Notes: generated from the sequence alone by a model not told the origin. A stretch of 64,000 nt of DNA from Candidatus Poribacteria bacterium (GCA_965215265.1 OZ244048.1:4000001-4064000), one strand, 5' to 3'. Positions 31,937-42,718 are shown, counted from the first letter of the stretch. A program made the numbers and translations.

Positions 31937-32487
31937 CTTATCTAACTCCTTGTTATTCTTTATCCCGTTACGGAATAAACTTGACTTTATAGTTCGGACT
32001 AAGTTTCCGAACAGACTACGTTTTCAACACTTTTCGCCAATTCGTAAGACGTGCACACAGGTGTTCAAAAAATGAAATCGTGTTTGTGAATCCCTTTCCA
32101 AAAAATGCAGTGCATTCACAAACTCTCAACGGACACGTCAACTCATTTTTTCACTTTTAAAGAACACTTTTGCTCTCTTCTAACCCTGCAAAGGGTTATT
32201 TGACTTAATTATACCTCAAGAAGAAGTGTTTGTCAAATTAAAAATATGTGGAATATAGCAAGATAGAGTTCTATTTTCCTGACGAGCTAATTTTTACCTA
32301 CATTAATTCTATCACATGCGTGAGTTGGTACCAATTTATTTCTACGTGCTAATAATTCTATCCAGGTTAATAAAAATCTATAAGGACCTTATGACTATCG
32401 CAGCAGCTTTTTTCTTGAATACCGAGCAGCGATCTGTTAGGATGTTGGATAAGCAAAAAAAACTTTAGTATATAGAGAAAATAGACA

Positions 32488-32883
32488 ATGCCAACAGATT
32501 CAACACTCGATGCAATTTCTCCTTTTTTTATTGTCAATAATCTTGCTGAGTCAATCGATTTCTACAATCAAAAACTCGGTTTTGCGATAGAGCTCCTTCT
32601 CCCAGAAGAAGATCCGTTCTTTGCGATAGTGCATCGTGATAGCGTGCGTATCCTTCTTAAACAGATTACGAAAGATATCCTTCCGGTCCCCAATCACATC
32701 CGCCATCAGTGGGCAAGATGGGATGCATTCGTCAGGTGCTCCAATCCGGATGTGCTCTTTTCTGAATTTGAATTTTGCGGGGTGCAGTTTCACGAGCCGC
32801 TCAAAGATACCGAGGACGGCCTTCGAGCGTTTGAAGTCAAGGACAATGATGGTTATGTATTGTGTTTTGGGAGCCCGCTTTGA
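32488..32883 (+). CDS. VOC/glyoxalase/bleomycin resistance family protein
   Basis: SIDFYNQKLGF and GLRAFEVKDNDGYVLCFG. Confidence 0.85.
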   Translation: MPTDSTLDAISPFFIVNNLAESIDFYNQKLGFAIELLLPEEDPFFAIVHRDSVRILLKQITKDILPVPNHIRHQWARWDAFVRCSNPDVLFSEFEFCGVQFHEPLKDTEDGLRAFEVKDNDGYVLCFGSPL

Positions 32884-33326
32884 GCCACTCCGGAACACGA
32901 ATAGGTAATCCTGAGGACTTAGCCTCAGTAATATAATAGCCCTAATTGCGTCTGATGCATAGTGATTATAGTAGCGAAGTGCTTCGCTTTGATGGAGAAA
33001 TTATACATCTATTTACGATCAATCCCAATTGGAAACGATATAGAAAATCAATTAAGATTTTGCGTTATTTTCGAAAAAGAGTTGAGCTTCCACAAGAGCA
33101 GCTCGCAATAGAATAGGCGAATAGTTTGATGGCAGGCTGCTAAAGATAGCGTGAGTTGAGCAACTTTTATCTTTATAATCGCCGTTGAAAATTTCGCGAT
33201 AGGACAGTATAATAGATATAATTGTGATTTCATTAAGCACCTCTGGCGAAATTTCTCCTTAATTTGATTGCGTCAAGAGCTGCCTGAAACTGAATTGTCT
33301 GAAAATTGTGCTGAGGGTCCATTCAA

Positions 33327-34070
33327 TTGAGCGATGTTCCGAAAACACACCCGCGTTACTTATCGCTGAGATTGCGAGATACGATTGTGGCAGGCGTTGA
33401 GAATAGCATTACTTCCATCCACGGCCTGATTGCCCATGGTAGGGGAGAAGCATTTGACTATCTCCTTGGCGAGACAACGCAGCCGTTTGCACTTGAGGCG
33501 GTTCGTGCTGCTGCTGCCATGCTCTGTTTAGCTGAACACCCAGTCATTTCTGTTAACGGGAACGTAGCGGCCTTGGTGCCTCAAGCGTTAATTGAATTGG
33601 GACAGTTGTGCAATGCCCCGTTAGAGGTAAATATCTTTCACACCGATGGAGTGCGCGAGAAGGCGATTCGACAGCATCTCTTAAAACACGGGGCCTCCGA
33701 AGTGCTGATGCCGACTGCACAGGCACAACTCTCCTATATCGACTCAAACCGAAAGTTTGTGCATCCTGAGGGTATCTTCAAGGCCGACCTCGTGTTTGTT
33801 CCCTTGGAAGATGGAGACCGGTGTGAGGCACTGCGGAAAATGAGGAAACAGGTCGTCACAGTCGACCTGAATCCGATGTCGCGTACAGCAGAGCAGGCAA
33901 ATGTGACGATTGTGGATAACGTTGTGCGGGCCTTGCCGTTGTTATGTGCAGAAGTTCGAGAAACTGCCAGACTTACCGATTCTGCGATGCGGGATATAGT
34001 GGCGAGATATAGCAACGAAATGGTGCTACAGGAGGCGTTGCGGTGCATCCGTGGGAGCGGCGATGGCTAA
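33327..34070 (+). CDS. Archaeal-type 4-phosphopantoate--beta-alanine ligase (phosphopantothenate synthetase, COG1701)
   Basis: HPRYxSL, GLIAHGRGEAFDYLLGE, PVISVNGN, VPLEDGDR, DLNPMSRT and DNVVRA motifs; TTG start. Confidence 0.9.
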   Translation: MSDVPKTHPRYLSLRLRDTIVAGVENSITSIHGLIAHGRGEAFDYLLGETTQPFALEAVRAAAAMLCLAEHPVISVNGNVAALVPQALIELGQLCNAPLEVNIFHTDGVREKAIRQHLLKHGASEVLMPTAQAQLSYIDSNRKFVHPEGIFKADLVFVPLEDGDRCEALRKMRKQVVTVDLNPMSRTAEQANVTIVDNVVRALPLLCAEVRETARLTDSAMRDIVARYSNEMVLQEALRCIRGSGDG

Positions 34071-35979
34071 CGGGAACCGAAACAGAATTAAACCCCATAT
34101 TCTGCTTATTGGATTGGCTCTTGTCGCCTTTAATAGTTATTGGTGCCTGATGGGAACAGAGGTCTGGCACTCGACGCAACTCACTATCGCCTCGCTGTTC
34201 TTTAACGCCGTTTTTACGCTTTTAGTTTTTGTGCTTATTAACTTGCTGCTGACGCGTTGGGCCCCACGTTTTGCCATGTCGCAAGCCGATTTGCAAACCA
34301 TTTACGTAATGGTTGTGATGCTGACGACAATTAGCGGGCATACAATGATGGGGTACCTCATCCCGGTGCTCGCGCATGCGTTTCATTTCGCTTCGCCTGA
34401 AAACGAATGGATCCCGCTCTTTGGACACCATATCCCAACGTGGATAGCTATCAAAGATTCTCGCGTGTTAGAGGGTTTCTATGAAGGGGACTCGACACTT
34501 TATACGGCTCCGACACTAAACGCATGGCTGCCCCCGGTTCTCGCCTGGTCGTGCTTTGTAATTGCCCTCTGGTTAACGCTGCTCGCGGTAACCGTTTTTC
34601 TACGAAAGCAGTGGACAGAAAATGAACGGTTGAACTATCCAATAGTGCAGCTCCCGTTAGCGCTGACGAGCAATCCTAAACGTTTTTTTAGTTCACCGTG
34701 GATGTGGTTAGGGTTTGCCTTAGCCGGTGGGGCAGAACTGTTGAACGGCTTAAATTACCTTTTTCCGGAGATCCCGGCTTTGCCCATAAAAGGGAAAACC
34801 ATTGGACAATTCAGTTCAAAGCCCTGGAGCGCCATGGGTCCGATTCGCATCTCCTTTTATCCTTTCAGCATCGGCTTGATGTTCTTTACGCCGTTAGATC
34901 TCTCCTTCTCTTGTTGGGTTTTCTGGCTTTTCAGCCGCCTCCAGTTGATTGCCACCGACGCGTTTGGCGCCCGAAACATCTATCATCTTGAACAGCAGAC
35001 GGGAGCGTGGATTGCGTTTGGGTGCATCCCACTATGGATAGGACGACGACACTACGGACGGATTATTCGGAAGGTACTCGGGCTGGCCCCTCGCCACGGA
35101 GCTGCCCCCAACGATAGGGCAGAACCGATGCGCTACCGCACAGCGGCAAGCTTATTCGTCGTTGGGCTGCTATTTCTATTCCTTTTCTGCCATCAGATGG
35201 GGATGGCATTTTGGGCGATTGGGCTATTTTTCCTCTTTTACTTCCCGTTAGTTATTGGTATCACCCGGATTCGTGCAGAAATAGGCCCGCCATTGCATCA
35301 ACTTATTTTCGTTGATCCGGGGCGAACGATGGTTTTGGCGTTAGGGACGCGTAGATTGGGTGCAGCAAACTTAACCGGATTAACGTTCCTCTATCCGTTT
35401 GTGCGCTGTTTTCGGGCGCATCCAACACCGAGTGAACTAGAGGCATTCCGGCTCGCAGAACGGACGCGAATCGGGTATCGGCAGCTCCTCATCGGGATGA
35501 TCTTAGCGATTGTTTTCGGTATCCTGATAACATTTTGGGCATATCTGCATGTCCTCTATGATATGGGCGCAGGGAGTAAGGCACGCGGATGGATTGTGTA
35601 TATGGGCTGGGAAACGTTCAACCGCTTGCAAACCTGGCTTGTCACACCCCGGGAGACGAGCGGACCGGAGCTAGGCGTTATTGGCAGTAGCTTCCTATTT
35701 ACGGTATTCCTAATGATCATGAAGATCCGGTTCCTGTGGTGGCCGCTGCACCCAGGTGGCTATGTGCTGGTCAGCGGAACGGGGATGGGCGGGTTGTGGT
35801 TCCCAATTTTCTTGAGTTGGTTATCGAAGGCAATTGTCCTGAAAGTGGGAGGAGTAAAATTATATCGCCAGGCAGTACCGTTCTTCTTAGGGCTAATTTT
35901 AGGGGATTATACGCTTGGATGTGTGTGGAGTTTAATAGGATTGGTTTTACAAATGCCGACGTACATTGTGTGGCATTGA
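34063..35979 (+). CDS. Polytopic membrane protein (DUF6785-like, putative transporter)
   Basis: Many TM segments; RKQWTENERLNYPIVQLP, RIRAEIG, WWPLHPGGY and PFFLGLILGD. Confidence 0.65.
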   Translation: MANGNRNRIKPHILLIGLALVAFNSYWCLMGTEVWHSTQLTIASLFFNAVFTLLVFVLINLLLTRWAPRFAMSQADLQTIYVMVVMLTTISGHTMMGYLIPVLAHAFHFASPENEWIPLFGHHIPTWIAIKDSRVLEGFYEGDSTLYTAPTLNAWLPPVLAWSCFVIALWLTLLAVTVFLRKQWTENERLNYPIVQLPLALTSNPKRFFSSPWMWLGFALAGGAELLNGLNYLFPEIPALPIKGKTIGQFSSKPWSAMGPIRISFYPFSIGLMFFTPLDLSFSCWVFWLFSRLQLIATDAFGARNIYHLEQQTGAWIAFGCIPLWIGRRHYGRIIRKVLGLAPRHGAAPNDRAEPMRYRTAASLFVVGLLFLFLFCHQMGMAFWAIGLFFLFYFPLVIGITRIRAEIGPPLHQLIFVDPGRTMVLALGTRRLGAANLTGLTFLYPFVRCFRAHPTPSELEAFRLAERTRIGYRQLLIGMILAIVFGILITFWAYLHVLYDMGAGSKARGWIVYMGWETFNRLQTWLVTPRETSGPELGVIGSSFLFTVFLMIMKIRFLWWPLHPGGYVLVSGTGMGGLWFPIFLSWLSKAIVLKVGGVKLYRQAVPFFLGLILGDYTLGCVWSLIGLVLQMPTYIVWH

Positions 35980-36046
35980 CGCAAGACCTGTTTAGGGGGC
36001 TATTTCAGGATATAGGATGGGCGGCGACGCAACCCAAAATTTGCTA

Positions 36047-36436
36047 CTATTCATCAAATAAAATAGTCTGTGCGAGGAGTTCTAAAAACGTTGTAATCTC
36101 AGGTGTTGACGGTTTTGTTGTATGGAATGAAGTCTGATACGATGTGAGTATTTCGTAAAGTTGTGTTAAATCAATTTGCCGTTTTCGAATTGCGTCGCGA
36201 ACGTGCTCAAATTGGGAGACGACCTGTTCTTTTGAAATCCCATCAGGTCGGTTTTTCAACAAATGTTTTTCGATACTGTTCAGTGCACGTTCTGCCATCC
36301 AGTGCCGCATGCCATCAATCCCACCAAGTCGGTAGTAAGCAATTCCACTGGCAGCGACGCATAGAATGACAACTGCAAGCGAAAAAATCAAGACTCTTCG
36401 GTAACAGCCGCTAAGCTTCCTATTAATGCTCGCCAT
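36047..36436 (-). CDS. Hypothetical membrane-anchored protein
   Basis: N-terminal TM helix; starts 1 nt after the amidohydrolase stop. Confidence 0.65.
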   Translation of the reverse strand: MASINRKLSGCYRRVLIFSLAVVILCVAASGIAYYRLGGIDGMRHWMAERALNSIEKHLLKNRPDGISKEQVVSQFEHVRDAIRKRQIDLTQLYEILTSYQTSFHTTKPSTPEITTFLELLAQTILFDE

Positions 36437-36437
36437 T

Positions 36438-37553
36438 TCAGAGTTTTCCTTCGCGTATCGTTAGGGCAGCTTTGAGTTTTTGATTGCCGATAAATTTTGT
36501 GCCGTGTGCATCAAAAAATTCAAATTCCCCTTCAAGCAGTTCAAAGACAGCAACGTCGGCAACCGTCCCGATTTTCAGATGGCCGAGCTGCTCTTCCCGT
36601 TTGATGGCTTTTGCTGCGTTAAAAGTTGCCTTCTCAATTACCGCTTCAAGGGATAATCCAAGGTGCATGAATTTTGAGAGTGTGGTGGGCAAATCGTAGA
36701 CGGGCCCGTTGATGTTACCAGTGTGCAAGTCTGTGCTAATGACATCAGAGATGAATCCTTGCTCCATGGCACGCTGGGCAACTTCATAGCAGAAGCTCCC
36801 GCCGCCGTGTCCGACATCAAAAATAACGCCCTCCTGCTGTGCCGTCCAGGCCTCTGGAATGACGTGTCCTTTCTCGTCAACGATGTTATTGCCGTTTCCT
36901 TGGAAGCAGTGCGTAATCACGTCGCCTGGCCGCATTAACGCCAGAATATCCGGAAGAGGTATGCCAGCACCGATATGGCACATGACTGGTGTTTCCGCTT
37001 GTTCTGCTGCTTGGATTGCCAGTTTGAGGGGTTCTACGCCGTTATCGGCAACCTGCATTTTGCCTTGGCGGACCTTCACACCGACTGTGAGCTCACGATA
37101 CTTTTGTAATGTTTCCGCAACGCGCCCCGGGTTTGCATAAGCCAGGTCGTGCATCTCGCCGACGGGACCATAAACAAGCCCAATTCCGGAGATATGGATG
37201 TAGGTGAGAATTTGTGTCTGCGCCGGTTTTGCAATGAATTCGCGGAACCCCGGAAACGTTGCCCAGCTTGGACTTCCAGCATCTACAATCGTTGTTGTAC
37301 CTGTGGTTGTGCAGACAGCATCGGCTCTGATACCCCATGTCGTTACACTGTGATAGACGTGCGCGTGAATATCAACCAGGCCCGGTGTCACATATTTATT
37401 TGTCACAAAGACGGTTTGCGTTGCTATGTTTTGTGGAATAGCTGGTTCAATTGCGGCGATGATACCGTTGGAGATGGCAACATCGCATCGGGCATTCAAT
37501 CCTTGTGCCGGATCAAGGACGGTTCCCCCTTTGAGCAGAATGTCGTATTTCAT
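36438..37553 (-). CDS. Amidohydrolase/deacetylase family metallohydrolase (dihydroorotase-like)
   Basis: PGLVDIHAH, GVKVR, MCH, ITHCF, DVGHGGGSF and ISTD. Confidence 0.85.
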   Translation of the reverse strand: MKYDILLKGGTVLDPAQGLNARCDVAISNGIIAAIEPAIPQNIATQTVFVTNKYVTPGLVDIHAHVYHSVTTWGIRADAVCTTTGTTTIVDAGSPSWATFPGFREFIAKPAQTQILTYIHISGIGLVYGPVGEMHDLAYANPGRVAETLQKYRELTVGVKVRQGKMQVADNGVEPLKLAIQAAEQAETPVMCHIGAGIPLPDILALMRPGDVITHCFQGNGNNIVDEKGHVIPEAWTAQQEGVIFDVGHGGGSFCYEVAQRAMEQGFISDVISTDLHTGNINGPVYDLPTTLSKFMHLGLSLEAVIEKATFNAAKAIKREEQLGHLKIGTVADVAVFELLEGEFEFFDAHGTKFIGNQKLKAALTIREGKL

Positions 37554-37560
37554 ATTTTGC

Positions 37561-38241
37561 CTATACTCCGCGTTTATTGCCCCAGATATCAACATGAACG
37601 CGCGGCGAATAACGATACCCGTTTTCTTTACAGAGCTCTATGAGCCATTCTTGTTTCTGCTGTAGCATCTGTGGTGTAATCCCTTGCGGCATCAGCATGA
37701 TGGTTTCTGCAGGAATACCGATATCTGATTGCAGCTTTTGAATCTCACCGAGGTCTGCCGGGGTGTCAACGACGAATTTGATCTGGCAAGGATACGTGTC
37801 CAAAAAGCTGCGGATAACGTCTGGACAGATACGTCTGCAGTCATGTCGTTTGAAAAAGCGATTGTCCATTGGTGGGTTGGAGTTACGCAGTTTTGGGCTC
37901 ATCGAAATCAGGTGTGCTGACACCTCAGCGAAGAGTGTGGCGTTTGTCTCAATGGTAATGTGGTGTCCGTGTTTATCTAATTCGCAGCAGAGGGCTAACA
38001 GTTCTTTGGTTTGAATGAACGGTTCGCCTCCTGTAATGACGACGTGCTTGCATCCATATTGGGTAATTGCTGAAACGGTTTCGGCGACACTGATGTCTCT
38101 GTTTTCCGGTGTCCAAGATGTGTAAGGTGTGTCACACCAAACACATCTCAGATTGCAGTAACTCGTGCGAAAGAAAACAGAAGGGACGCCTATCAATTGC
38201 CCTTCGCCTTGGATCGTATAGAACAGTTCGCTAAATTTCAT
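37561..38241 (-). CDS. queE: 7-carboxy-7-deazaguanine synthase (radical SAM)
   Basis: TIQGEG, CNLRCVWCDT, TGGEP, IETN, SPK. Confidence 0.9.
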   Translation of the reverse strand: MKFSELFYTIQGEGQLIGVPSVFFRTSYCNLRCVWCDTPYTSWTPENRDISVAETVSAITQYGCKHVVITGGEPFIQTKELLALCCELDKHGHHITIETNATLFAEVSAHLISMSPKLRNSNPPMDNRFFKRHDCRRICPDVIRSFLDTYPCQIKFVVDTPADLGEIQKLQSDIGIPAETIMLMPQGITPQMLQQKQEWLIELCKENGYRYSPRVHVDIWGNKRGV

Positions 38242-38375
38242 GTTTTTCGTCTCTGTTCACAAGCACGTCTGCCATAGCGTGAACGTCGGTCCGACTGTCC
38301 TTTTGTGCAAATCGTGTGGAGCAGCTGAGAGAATTATTCGCGCCCGCTTTAGAGGTTCTTCTATACCGAAAATGC

Positions 38376-38747
38376 TTAAGCTTCGATGAGTTCAATCTGA
38401 ACGTTGTCGGGTCCCTTGAAAAACGCCATCATCAAGCCATTGGGTTTGAGCTCTTCGAGCTCTGCACCTTTTGCTTGTAAGTCTGCGACTGCAGCGTCCA
38501 GATCTTCTACGGTAAAGGCAAGTTGATAGACACCCCACCGCGGATTGCCGCTGGTTTCTTCTACCTCCATATCGCCAAATTTAGGGGATAGGGAAATTCG
38601 TGCCCCGCCAATTTCCATGCGTACAATTGGTAAGCCCCGTACCTCAACGGTTTCGCTTACTTTGCCATCAAACATCTTTTCATAATAGCGGACAGCCCCA
38701 TCTAAATCTTCGCAGCGGAGGTGCACGTGATGAAATGTATATGCCAT
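38376..38747 (-). CDS. VOC family protein
   Basis: FHHVHL, LAFTVEDL, FFKGPDNVQIEL; AGGAGA SD before ATG 38747. Confidence 0.85.
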   Translation of the reverse strand: MAYTFHHVHLRCEDLDGAVRYYEKMFDGKVSETVEVRGLPIVRMEIGGARISLSPKFGDMEVEETSGNPRWGVYQLAFTVEDLDAAVADLQAKGAELEELKPNGLMMAFFKGPDNVQIELIEA

Positions 38748-38951
38748 GCTAACATCTCCTTTCTTTACTTTTTTGCTGTTTTGTCTCTGTTCTTGCTTGT
38801 ACCTTTGCCGTGGCGTGAACGGAGGAATAATCCCTAGCAAGTCTGCTTTTCCGTTTACGGCGGCTAAACTCGTCAGAGACATTTTAGCAATTACCTTTCA
38901 TCTCTATTGTGGCATAATTTTCCGATTTTGTCAAGTTTTTTATTAATTCTA

Positions 38952-38980
38952 TTGACAAAACGCCTGAGAAATACTATTAT
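38952..38980 (+). promoter_or_regulatory. Sigma70-type promoter
   Basis: TTGACA-17 nt-TATTAT. Confidence 0.6.
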
Positions 38981-39001
38981 AAAGTTCGGAAGGAACCTCT
39001 T

Positions 39002-41137
39002 ATGGAGAAATATACCACACTCCGTCGACAGCATACCGAATTACTTGCAGAAGAACTTGCGAAGCAAAATCTACCAATCATTGTACACTTGGAACCGATT
39101 ACTGATTTTGAAGAGCTCCTCACGTTTGCACAAGGGCATCCGACTCCAATTGGGTTTACGCCGAGGCAACCTGCCTGGCGGCTTGAATCTGTGGCAGCAC
39201 GTGTATATGAGACGATTGCGATAGCCGCCCATGAATCGCTTGAGGACGACGAATGGGATTCGCTGGCGGGCATCCTTTTGGAATACACTGAGTATCTCTA
39301 TACCTATCCCGATGCAACTACTGCCCGCGAAAAACTTGACGCAGGGACAGCGTTAGCACTGGCGAGCAGTGTTTGCAGTGTATTGCCACACGCAGAACTC
39401 TGGAGGCTCGCGGGGTTCGGAAGAATTGCGTCGGCGATGGCCGAGGGCGTGCCATCACAGACAGACTCACATCTGACTCATCTACTGAGTGTTGCATTTT
39501 CGCTAGCAATTGAACTAAACTTGCCCATTTTGGATAAGGCAATTGAAAGCTATAATACCGTCTTTAATTGCCGTATCAATCCGAAAAAACGGTTCAAATT
39601 TCCGGTAACGGACACAAGGTTCTTTCATCAACTTAATTTGGAATTGCCGGGGTTAGAACGTGTTAAATCTGCCGTTTTGCAGGCGGATATAGACGCAGCA
39701 AAGGCTGCGTACACCGTCTTTCGCAGGCAGTTTTTAAAAAATTTTGAAGGCACCTCGTTATTAGAGAGAACGGATACCTACAGCACCGCTAAATCCTATT
39801 TGGCCTGCTTGCTTCGGCTATGTATCTATCCATCACCGGTTATTGCTGGAACGATAGAGTTGAGTATTGCAGCACTTCTCTTCCCAGAATTTCGGAGAAG
39901 CGAGCAACTAAGCGCGCTTGCCTTGCGCCGTTACAAGTGGATAGCTGAGGCGTTCTTCTGCCGCGATGGCTTTCATCGGGATAGGACATTCCGGACTCAA
40001 TGTGAAGTCATCGTTGAATTTTCCAGATACCTGCGGTTAAATCCACCGGATGCAGAAGAACTGAAAACCTTCCTTGAAAAGCAGATGGAGGCGTGTCTCT
40101 ATTTGAGCCAACCGGATTTGTCTTTTCCGACTACTGATGCGTCCACATTTGATGCTATTGAGTTATGTCAATTCGGTGATATCGGTTTCGGGCGTGATGA
40201 TTTTGAGTATATCGCTTCTGCGCGGCAGCGAGGCAGTGAACCACGCAGCACTTCTTACGCGCTTCCTGAGACGGGCTACTACGTTATGAGAGATAGCTGG
40301 GAATCCGATGCACAATACTTACTCTTTGATGCAGGCCCGTTGAAGATGTCTGGCTCTTCTGATGTTTTTGTAAAAATACCTAGAAACTTATCAAAATTCA
40401 GTTTTCTATTACACGCGTACGGAAGACAGTTGGTTGAGGGATGCCTCATTGTAAAAGAGACAGCTATGCCAGAGGCGTTTGATACACGTTGGATAACAAC
40501 ACCGGCGTTTGATTTCATAGAAGTTTGGCATAAAGTGAGTGACATTCATTATAAACGTTCCATTTTTTATATTAAGGGCGAATACTTCATTCTCCATGAC
40601 CTGGTTCTCGGAGAAGGTGAGCGTACCTTGGAGCAAATCTTTCAGTTTCTTACGCACGGTAAACGCAGTCCAAACCCACAGATAGTCGTAAACGACAGCG
40701 CAGCTTGGACGCAGGCGGAGCAAAGCGCGAATCTCTTTTTAGGATGCGTGGATACAACAAACCTCACCGTTAAATTGGGTGCTGATAAAGTTACCTATCG
40801 TGTCCGACACCAATCGCCTACGGTATTGAACGTCCTCCTATTCCCAATGAAACCTGATATCAAGGAACGTCCTACCGTCTCTCCGATTGCAGTAAGCAGC
40901 GACACTGACGTGTTAGCAACCGGCTTCACCGTGAAGTCAAACGGCGTAACCGACACGTTTCTGATTTCTGACGATGGTTTGGCGGCAATGTCGACGGATA
41001 CCGTTGAATTTGTAGGGGAATCTCTGTTTTTACGTGGGGAGCAGTTTATCATGCTGAACGGGCGGTTCCTCAAAGTCGGCGGTAAGGTCTTCGCGGATTT
41101 AGGTACACCGCGAGAACATTATGTGCGGATGAAATGA
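39002..41137 (+). CDS. Heparinase II/III-like protein, apparently degenerate
   Basis: FPEF, DGFH and GYYVMRDSW...LLFDAGP...LHAYGR segments; the expected catalytic Tyr/His motifs are not seen. Confidence 0.7.
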   Translation: MEKYTTLRRQHTELLAEELAKQNLPIIVHLEPITDFEELLTFAQGHPTPIGFTPRQPAWRLESVAARVYETIAIAAHESLEDDEWDSLAGILLEYTEYLYTYPDATTAREKLDAGTALALASSVCSVLPHAELWRLAGFGRIASAMAEGVPSQTDSHLTHLLSVAFSLAIELNLPILDKAIESYNTVFNCRINPKKRFKFPVTDTRFFHQLNLELPGLERVKSAVLQADIDAAKAAYTVFRRQFLKNFEGTSLLERTDTYSTAKSYLACLLRLCIYPSPVIAGTIELSIAALLFPEFRRSEQLSALALRRYKWIAEAFFCRDGFHRDRTFRTQCEVIVEFSRYLRLNPPDAEELKTFLEKQMEACLYLSQPDLSFPTTDASTFDAIELCQFGDIGFGRDDFEYIASARQRGSEPRSTSYALPETGYYVMRDSWESDAQYLLFDAGPLKMSGSSDVFVKIPRNLSKFSFLLHAYGRQLVEGCLIVKETAMPEAFDTRWITTPAFDFIEVWHKVSDIHYKRSIFYIKGEYFILHDLVLGEGERTLEQIFQFLTHGKRSPNPQIVVNDSAAWTQAEQSANLFLGCVDTTNLTVKLGADKVTYRVRHQSPTVLNVLLFPMKPDIKERPTVSPIAVSSDTDVLATGFTVKSNGVTDTFLISDDGLAAMSTDTVEFVGESLFLRGEQFIMLNGRFLKVGGKVFADLGTPREHYVRMK

Positions 41138-41186
41138 GCAAAGACAGCATATTAGAAAACTGCTTTCAGAGTTCTCCGAGCTGCTT

Positions 41187-42650
41187 TCAGTCCAGTGGAA
41201 ACAACGGCCGCCGAACGTGCCGATACGTGAAATGCCGCGGATCGACGGCGGTTAGCCCCGGTGTATCCACCTCAATGATCTTTCCGGCAATCGGTTCGTA
41301 GGCGGCGCGATAGGCGATGGCGGCTTTGACAACGATGATTCGCATCGATTCCGGATTAATCCCGAGACTAAGCAGCTGATGGAGGCTGAACGGTGTTTGC
41401 CGTTTGCTTGTCAACACAACCAATGAATCCCCAATTTCAACAACGGCTGTCAATCCTTGATCGTGATATTTTTGCCCGCCGTGCCGAGGCTCGGTTTCTA
41501 CAAAGCGGCCATCGTGGATGAGGCGAACGCGCCCGCGAATTGAAACCGGATCTCCGTGCATCGAATCTGTTTTTCCGCCGACGTTGAGCGTGACTTCTTT
41601 GCCAAGCCCAATCTGAACACAAGTTTGTACGTTCCCTGCATCATAGAGAACGATAACAAATCCGGATGCTTTTTGTCGTATTAATTCTCTTAAAATGTGT
41701 GTACTGTCACCTGGCGAGCCGCCGCCAATGTTATCTCCCATTTCAACGAGAATAACGGGATGCTGTTCGCACTGAATTGCTTGTGCAACGGCTTGTGCTG
41801 CATTGGGCAGATTTAACGCTAACTGCTCTCGGACACTCCATAACATCTTTGATAATCGTTCTGCTTCTGTTTGTGCGAGTTGTTGATTGTTGTTAGTGAC
41901 GATGACAAAAGAAGGGCCGGCTTCATAGACATCAGCGTAGGGGTATCCGGCTGCGGCATTAGCGATGAGGACTTCAGGACGGTGTTCTAACTGTTCTGCC
42001 TTGCTGAGAATAGAACGTATCGGTTCTGCCCTCGTGTTTTGATAAAGGATATTGAGGAGCATCGGTGGTTTTGCCAACGCCTGCGTCGGGCTGGCCCCGT
42101 CACGTAGGATTTTCATCATGAGTTCGGCTGCCTGAAGCCCGCGTTGCCGTTGGTCTATATGTGGATTCGTTTTGTAAATGATGAGGGCAGTGGAATCAGC
42201 AACCATCTGCTCGGAGACATTGGCGTGATGATCGAGTGTGACGACGATAGGGAAATCGTTGCCGAATGCGGTGCGGAGCCGACGCAGTACTTCGCCGTCG
42301 CCATCTGGATAGCTTTCGGTTACCATTGCTCCGTGCAGTGCGAGCAGTAAGCCATCTCGTTTGGGGGCAGTTTTGAGTTGTTGGATGAGGGTATCAGTGA
42401 GTCGGTTGAAGGCCCCATCTGTCACACGTCCGGCTGGTGTTGCGGAAGCCATCAGCGTTGGATAGAGTGAGTAGCCGTGGTGAGGAGCACCGCCAATGAA
42501 TCCGCCCATTTCATGATGCGTATCTACCCAAGCATCGATGAGTGTCTCGTTGAGGGTGTAGCTGCCGTTTTTAAATGCCTGAATGTCAGTAGGGGTATCA
42601 CTAAACGTGTTAGATTCGTGCATGATACCGCCAATAGCAATCGTTTTCAT
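41187..42650 (-). CDS. M81 family metallopeptidase (MlrC-like)
   Basis: HESNTF, LHGAM, LDHHAN, PHID, DNIGGG, VVK and RRPLFPLD. Confidence 0.9.
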   Translation of the reverse strand: MKTIAIGGIMHESNTFSDTPTDIQAFKNGSYTLNETLIDAWVDTHHEMGGFIGGAPHHGYSLYPTLMASATPAGRVTDGAFNRLTDTLIQQLKTAPKRDGLLLALHGAMVTESYPDGDGEVLRRLRTAFGNDFPIVVTLDHHANVSEQMVADSTALIIYKTNPHIDQRQRGLQAAELMMKILRDGASPTQALAKPPMLLNILYQNTRAEPIRSILSKAEQLEHRPEVLIANAAAGYPYADVYEAGPSFVIVTNNNQQLAQTEAERLSKMLWSVREQLALNLPNAAQAVAQAIQCEQHPVILVEMGDNIGGGSPGDSTHILRELIRQKASGFVIVLYDAGNVQTCVQIGLGKEVTLNVGGKTDSMHGDPVSIRGRVRLIHDGRFVETEPRHGGQKYHDQGLTAVVEIGDSLVVLTSKRQTPFSLHQLLSLGINPESMRIIVVKAAIAYRAAYEPIAGKIIEVDTPGLTAVDPRHFTYRHVRRPLFPLD

Positions 42651-42718
42651 CGGTTTATCCTTTTAGAGTCATGTCAACTGTGAGTTTATGCTACGGTAAG
42701 GAAAATCTAAAAAAAATC

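Noticed and set aside
33048-33240. AT-rich short ORFs upstream of the archaeal-type ligase
   Set aside because: Possibly a decayed foreign gene, but no recognisable family or consistent frame.
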